From NCBI RefSeq assembly GCF_009914755.1, contig NC_060934.1: a stretch of DNA of 64,000 nucleotides, one strand, 5' to 3'. How positions within the stretch are numbered: the stretch's first letter is position 1; the number at the start of each line of letters is the position of its first letter. Below are positions 56,985-64,000 of the stretch, in pieces. The position numbers were made by a program, and so were the translations under genes. The notes below the pieces were generated by a model that was not told where the DNA came from, did not search any database, and was given only the letters and a program-made list of their open reading frames with translations. The stretch is from the human T2T-CHM13v2.0 reference genome, Homo sapiens.

Positions 56985-58049
56985 GTAAGTCTGATTTTTT
57001 TTTGTAATATTGTATTCTCATGATTCGTTTTTTAAAATATATATTAACTGAAAAGATAAATTGGATGAAAAGTTTGAAATCAATAGTAAATTTGGCTATC
57101 AATAAATATTAGGTGTCCTACTTACTAAAAAGTGGATTATGAAGCAGAATAAGCAAGTTATTTTGACCATATTTACAATGCATATAATGTATTGAAATTT
57201 AGTAGAATTTATTAACCAGGATCAAGCTTTCCAAATATTGTTGATATAATTGAACCTACCTTTAATTTTTTATTGTAACCCCGAATGAATACTCTACTTA
57301 GAAACCAATAAATATCATATAGATATAGTGAAATTATAATTCAATATGCAAAAATCCCAAACACATATAAATCATGGAGGTATTTTTAGTGCTTGTAAAC
57401 CTCTCTATACATACATCAGAATCCTTTAAGTAAGGTGGTTTTTTCACTTTAAATTTTTACTTTTACTCAAAGTATGGCTGAGTGGAAGGAGCGGTGAAAG
57501 TAAGGAGACCCTCTACTTGCTGCACTTTCAGTGAGTAAACACTGAAAGTTTAATCTTCTTCCTCATCTGTCAAATGGAGAAATTGGACCTAGTCTTTTAT
57601 TCTAGCTCTAAAATTTCTTCTTTCTACTTTTCCTAATAAACTAATTAAATTATTTAGCCTGTCTTGCCAGGTTAAGCACCAATGATATAAAAATGGGATA
57701 TGGAAGTGGCATAGTATTAATTAGAGAGGTTGGGGATCAGGAACAAGGGCATCAGAAAAGGTAAACAAGTACACGCAATAAATCGAATCCAAGACCAGTC
57801 AAAGGAGAAGCTTCCCAGCAAGAATTCAAGTTCAAAGAGGTCGTCTAGACAAGATATCAAAACTAAAATCTGGAAAAGTGGGTCAGGCATGCAGGTCAGG
57901 ATATTATCTGGATAATGAAATATGGAAGTGTAGATAAAAGCTCAGATAATAGGCACAGATTGGCAGAAGTTAAGATTTCTACAATATGACAAATCTAATG
58001 GTTAACAAGGGACTTTTGAAATAATGTAATCAGCCCTCTCATTTTATAG

Positions 58050-58720
58050 TGTTGTTCATTTGTCCATTCAGCAACCTCTGTAGAAATTGGTTGCAACTGT
58101 GGATAAGACTCTCTGCATGAATGATGTTTATATGGCTTAATGGAGAAGAGAGATAAATAAGTCACAAATACATTATAGTTTTATTTAGGTATACATTATA
58201 TGGCAGCATCAAGGAGGAGCATCCGAATTAGAGAAGGAAGGAGAAGTCGTAGAAGAGTTCTGAGTGAAACAGAGTGGTCTTTAGTTCTTAAGGACCGATG
58301 GAGGTTAATTAGACAAAGTACAGTGAATATAAGGTTTTCAGGCAAAAGAGGCAACATACATGAAGCCACAGAGGCTTGAGCAAAGTGTTCACAGAAAATG
58401 AGATCAGAGAAGTAAACAAGGGAAAAAATATGAAGTGATTTGTGTACTATGTCAAGGAATTTGAACCTTATCATGGAAGCTATGAGAAGAACATCATTAA
58501 AATAATTTATAAATAAGTCTGGTGTAATATGGAAAAAGAATTTTAGAGGGAGGGAGGCTGAGGTAGTGTCTTCAACGAGACGGCTGTAATAATCAGGCAG
58601 TGTTAAGGGTTTTTGAGTTAAAGTAGTTGCCCATGGGATGGGAATAGAAGGGAGATAATTGAAAGACAGAAAGGAGATAGAATATATAAGAATTGGAAAG
58701 GGCTGTTTTTAGATACAGTC
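58050..58720 (-). mobile_element. L2 fragment
   Basis: ttcatttgtccattcagcaa tail followed by a purine-rich L2 body (gtcaaggaatttgaaccttatc). Confidence 0.55.
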
Positions 58721-59928
58721 CCAGGTTTCTAGAAAGTGAGACTCAGAGAAGTTGACTTGCTCACTTATGGCAGCTGGTTAATTGTAGAGCTATGAACCTG
58801 TTAATGTTAATACTAAGCTCAAACATTTTTGGAGCAAGGGTTTCTTATGTATTTCTTATCTGTGGCCTGAATTACGTAGTTGATCCAGAGTCTTAATAGG
58901 TAATCAAGAAGGAAATGATCTGTCTGGGGAAAAAAGGGGGCAATAAGAATAAGGTAGATGAAGGGAGAAAGGAAGGTGAAAAAATCAGTGAACAGGTTCT
59001 GCTTCTGAGAATATGTTGGGTTCGATTATTTGAACTAACCCTTTTTACTGAAAACAACTAATGGTGCTAGATTAAAAACAAAAACAAAAAACTTCTTAGC
59101 ACTTCTAAAGAGCTAAGTAAGACACTACCTTGTCAAAATCTAAGTGAAAAAAGGAACCCATAGAAGTAAACAGAGCAGATCATAGAAGACACTTTGGTCC
59201 TGAATACATTTGCCTAGCCAGTGAAATGTAAGGTGATTTTCAGGCTTCTGAGAGGAAACAAAGCCCAAGACCACCAAAGATAGTTTAATAGCAGTATGGA
59301 TTATGTCTCGACTGTGAGGATGAACTAAAAGCAAACCATTTTCCATCTCTACCATCCTTGAGAGTGAACAAGCAAAGTTTCCCTGGTTAGGTATTCAGGG
59401 AATGGAGGATTGTCTTTGAGAAGTAGTAACCACAAGCTGTCTCGCACTGATTTGAAGTCCAAGTTTACATTGCTGTGTAGCCTGAAAAATCTCAAGCCAT
59501 ATTTGAGTTTAAAGTGGAACTGCTACAAATATCTATTGGCACCAGGCAGAAGTAAACACAAGTCTTTTGGAGAAATATACCTTCATCCTAGTACTATAGA
59601 AGTCTCCCAAATAATTTAGCAAGAAGGTAGAAACATGAGTGAGAATTACCAGAAACAAAAGGAAGCAGAAACTGACCCATAAAGGCTAATTACTAGAGTT
59701 ACGTCATACAGATTTATAAAATGACTACTGTCTTGTTTAAAGAAAAATCAGATGGTTATCTGCTATGATATGATAAAATAAAACCAGTGTGTTTTAAGAA
59801 TAATCTAATAGAACTAAAAATAAAAAATTGAATAGTAGGAATTTGAAATTCAGAGGATACATTTAACAACAAATTAAACAGGGTTAAAGAAAAATTAATA
59901 ATTTGGAAGATAGAGAAAAATTACACTA

Positions 59929-60153
<225 letters not shown>

Positions 60154-60734
60154 TCAATACATCTTATGCCAGGAGAAAAGATACTAGGGCAGCAGCCATA
60201 CTTGAAGAAATAATGGCTGAGGTTTTTATTTATAATCAGTGAAAAACACCATACTACAGATTCAAAAAGCCCAAATGGACATTCAGATCTGTAAAGATCA
60301 AAGAAGTCCAATAGATTGAACATAAAAAGATCTTCACTAAGGCACATTACAATCAAATTATGAAAAGTCAACGACAGTTTTGAAAGCAGCAAAAGAAAAG
60401 TTGCAGACTCCATAAGACTGTAGGCAGATTTCTGTGCAGAAACCTGTCAAGCAAGGAGAAAGTGGGATGATATATTCAAAGTGCCAAAAGAAAAACACTG
60501 CTGACCAAGCATACTATACCCAGCAAAGTTATACTTCAGAAATGAAGAAGAAATACTTTCCCAAAAACAAAAGCTGAGGGATTTTGTCACTGTTAAACCT
60601 GCTTCGTAAGAAAAACTGAAGGCAGTTTTTCAAGTTGAAACAAAAGAACACTAATTAGCAACATGAAAACATGAAAGAATAAAACTCACTAGTAAAGAAG
60701 TTCCAAACTATAAATACTATTCTATATAGTGAGA

Positions 60735-60870
60735 AAGAATGAATAAGACCTACTATTTGATAGCACAATAGGGTGACTGCAGTCAATAATAACTTAATTT
60801 TACATTTTAAAATAAAAGAGTATAATTGGATTGTTTGTAACTCAAAGGATAAATACCTGAGGGGACAGTT
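60735..60870 (+). mobile_element. L1MA1/2-like 3'UTR fragment
   Basis: agaaagaatgaataagacctactatttgatagcacaatagggtgact...ataattggattgtttgtaactcaaaggataaat. Confidence 0.65.
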
Positions 60871-61371
60871 AAAAAAGAAATAAATTCAGAATGCTGTGAT
60901 ACTATAATGATGTTGTGTAAATGTCTTGTAACTCTAATATAAAAATAAAAAACAAGGTATTAAAATATAGCTACAATAATTTTTAATAGATATACAATAT
61001 ACAAGTATGTAAATTGTGGTATAAATTAACACAGAATGTGGGAGGGGAGAGGTAAAAGTGTAGTTTTTATATGTGATGGAAATTAAGTTCTTATCAGTTT
61101 AAAATAGATTGTTATGACTATAAAATGGTTTTTGTAAGCCTTTTGGATAATTAAAAGAAAAAAACTGTGTTAGATACACAAAAGATAAACCATGCGATTG
61201 CAAAAAATATATATATATATATAAAATATCAATGGAAGCAGCAAAGAAACAAAGGCACTTAAAACTTTTCAGAAAACAATAAAATGGCAGTAGTTTTTAC
61301 TTATCAATAATTACTTTAAATGCAAATGGATTAAACTCAGTAATCAAAATACATTGTTACTATGCATGTTT

Positions 61372-61584
61372 TTAATACAGAGATAGGGCCTTGCTGTGTC
61401 ACCAGGGTAGAGTGCAGTGATGCAGTCACAGCCCACTGTAACTTCAACCTCCTGGACTCAAGCAGTCTTCTTGCTTTAGTCTCCTAAGTAGCTAGGACTA
61501 CAGGCATATGCCACCACATGTGGCTAATTTAAAAAAAAAAAAAACTTTCATGGAAAGATGGGGTCTTGCTATGTTGCTCAGGCT
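61372..61584 (-). mobile_element. 5'-truncated AluJ
   Basis: ctcctggactcaagcagtc...gtagctaggactacagg...gggtcttgctatgttgctcaggc. Confidence 0.82.
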
Positions 61585-62655
61585 TTAAATGCATTTTTTA
61601 AAACTGACCCAACTACAAGCTGCCTACAGGAGACTTATTTTACCTTTAAAGATACAGATAAGATGAAAGAGGAAGGTTGGAAAAATATGTTCCATGTAAG
61701 TGGAACCAAAAGAGAGCAGTGGTGGCCATTTTTACACCAGGCAAAATAAATTTTAAGTAAAAAATTGTCACAAGAGGCAATGAAGGTCATTGTATAATGA
61801 TAAAGAGGTCAATTTATCAAGATGATACAATTCTAAATATATTTGCCACCAATTTTGGAGCACATAAATATGTAAAGAAAAAATATAACTGAAGGGAGAA
61901 ATAGATAGCAGTACAGTAATCATAGGGGTCTTCAGTGCTTTCAATAATGGAGAAATCATCTAGACAGAAAATCAATAAAGAAACAGTGGATTTGAACAAC
62001 ACTAGACAAAATGGACCTGATATACAGAACATTCCATTCAACAGTAGCAGAATATGCACATTTTTCTCACTCAAACATGTAACATTCTCCAGGACAGATT
62101 ATTTGTTAGGCCACAAGATAAGTTTTAACAAATTTAAAATTAAAATTATATCAAGTATGTTTTCTGTCAACAGTGGCATGAAACCATAAATCCGTAACAG
62201 GAGGAAAATTGGAAAATTCACAAATATGTGGAAATTAAGCAACACACTCCTGAACAACCAAAGGTCAAAGAAGAAATGAAAGGGGAAGTAAAAAATATCT
62301 TGAAACAAACAAAAATGGAAACATAACATACCAAAACATGGAATGCAGCAAAAGCAGTTCTAAAAGAGAATTTTATAGCAATAAATGCCTACATTAAGAA
62401 TAAGGAATGATCTTAAATAAACAACTTAATATTGGACCTCATGGAACTAGAAAAATAAGAACAAAGTAAAACCAAAGTTAGAAGAAGGAATGAAATAATA
62501 AAGATTAGAGCACAAATAAATGAAATAAAGAGTAGAAAAACAATACAAAAGATCAACAAAACTGAGTTAGTTTTTTGAGAAGATAAAATCAACAAACATT
62601 TAGCTAGAATTTAAAAAAGGAGGGAATATCCAAATAGAATAATAAATGAAAAATG

Positions 62656-64000
62656 AGGAGAGGGATTAAAGATGGCCAACTAGCTGGATCTGGGATGCAC
62701 CTCTTCTACAGAGAGGAACCAAAATATTGAGTAAACCCTCACACTTTCAACAGATCTTTTGAGAGAAAACACTGAAATTTAATATATAGGCCATGACAGA
62801 CATGATTGAAGAAGTAGGAAGCAACACTGCTGGCTCAGTATTGCCAGACACCTTAGGACCAGAATGGACCCAAGGAAGGTGTGAGTGAAGAAACCCGGGA
62901 ACACCACTTTCCCACTGTCAACCTCTGAAATTCTAGAGGAGTTCCCACAACCCCTGAATACGTTTGGATTGGTAGGAGGAGCTGCCTGGAGACCATACAG
63001 AGGCACTACTTGAAGCCACAAGGAGCCCAAAAGCCTTCAGTGTGCTAGGCAGCTGCAGCAAAACGTGACTCTGGGCACCCACCCCCGAGTGCCCTGCATC
63101 CGAGCGGCTACATCTGCTGTCTGCCACACCAGGATAGAGTGGGGCCCATGCATGTTCACATGACCAATTCAGGATCCACCACCATTCCTGCAGGACTGAG
63201 GTGAATCTAAACCACACACGACCATGCCTGCCAGTCCCTCCTAAGATTGCCTGCCTGGCCATTGCTGTGGAGTGGGACCCACAGCATAGCCTCCATTGCC
63301 CCACCTGAGTGGTTTATTGGCTACCTGGGAACACTTTACTCCTCCTATCACTGCCAGTGGTTGATCCTAAGGAGCCAGAGGACAAATCCACTGGCCTGGT
63401 CTCAGTTTGCCAGGACTCAAGCATACCACCCAGGAATATGGGGATGAGATCTGTGGCCTGATCTCAAGCAGGGGAGGAACCCCCACTGTCAGAACACAGG
63501 GAAGAGTGTGGTGTGGGTTTTTCAGGTGATACAGAAGCTGGGCACCCCTCCCTTCATGAGAATAGACTAGGAAGGGTATAGCCTCATAGCCTTGCTTTCT
63601 GCTGCAGGGAGTCTTGCATTCTGGAATGCCTGGGATGGCATGGCAGTCTGGGCACAGGTGGTTTGGGATTTGCATAACTAATTGGGCCGGCTGCCAGGGT
63701 GGACACTGGAGGGAGACCCACCAGTCAGGGGTGTAGAAGCTGAGTGGGCCTCATGGCCATCTGCTGGAATGAAATCCCAGGGCTAGCCCTCTTACCCTGA
63801 ACCAGCTCTTGTGGCACAGAAGAGGTGCCTGCACCCCTCCCTAGAGTGTTGTTCCAGCTGCCTGAGAACTGCCCCTACAGCCCTACCAAGGTCACGTCTG
63901 CCTCAGAGAGCCTGATCACGGGCTCACCAGACCCAGTCCCACCCAGCTTTGCCCCCTCTAGCCAGCCTTGGGAGCAGAGCATGGGATGGGACCACTGAGA
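62656..64000 (+). mobile_element. 5'UTR of another older L1 (L1PB/L1MA-type), running off the window end
   Basis: Abrupt switch from A-rich ORF2 to GC-rich sequence beginning gaggagagggattaaagatggcc (YY1-type AAGATGGCC start). Confidence 0.65.

Noticed and set aside
56762-57102. ORF-track calls 56762-57007, 56826-57023 and antisense 56791-57102
   Set aside because: Extensions or alternative frames of exon 2; the real boundaries are the splice sites

Overview
Eukaryotic, almost certainly human, genomic DNA: the distal part of ZEB1 intron 1, ZEB1 coding exon 2 (56784-56984, + strand) and the start of intron 2. The species call rests on the exon translation matching human ZEB1 as I recall it and on a human-specific AluYb8. 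The rest is AT-rich intron dense with transposon relics: about nine L1 insertions (three with twin-priming 5' inversions, one full-length), six Alus plus one half-Alu, L2/MIR, MaLR LTRs, DNA transposons, (TG)n microsatellites and a tailless U2 snRNA retrocopy. Nearly all long ORFs in the track are L1 ORF1/ORF2 remnants. Top finding: a full-length L1PA2/3 lies antisense ~11.6 kb upstream of exon 2 and keeps an intact 71-aa ORF0. Its first splice donor is in phase with the exon 2 acceptor, predicting an antisense-promoter-driven ORF0-ZEB1 fusion that lacks the native N-terminus. Other notable signals: apparent gene conversion between a tail-to-tail L1 pair, a candidate TDP-43-controlled poison exon, one endonuclease site used twice, and a template-switch hairpin. 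Repeat subfamily names come from remembered consensus sequences, and boundaries of old repeats are approximate. No expression data were available.
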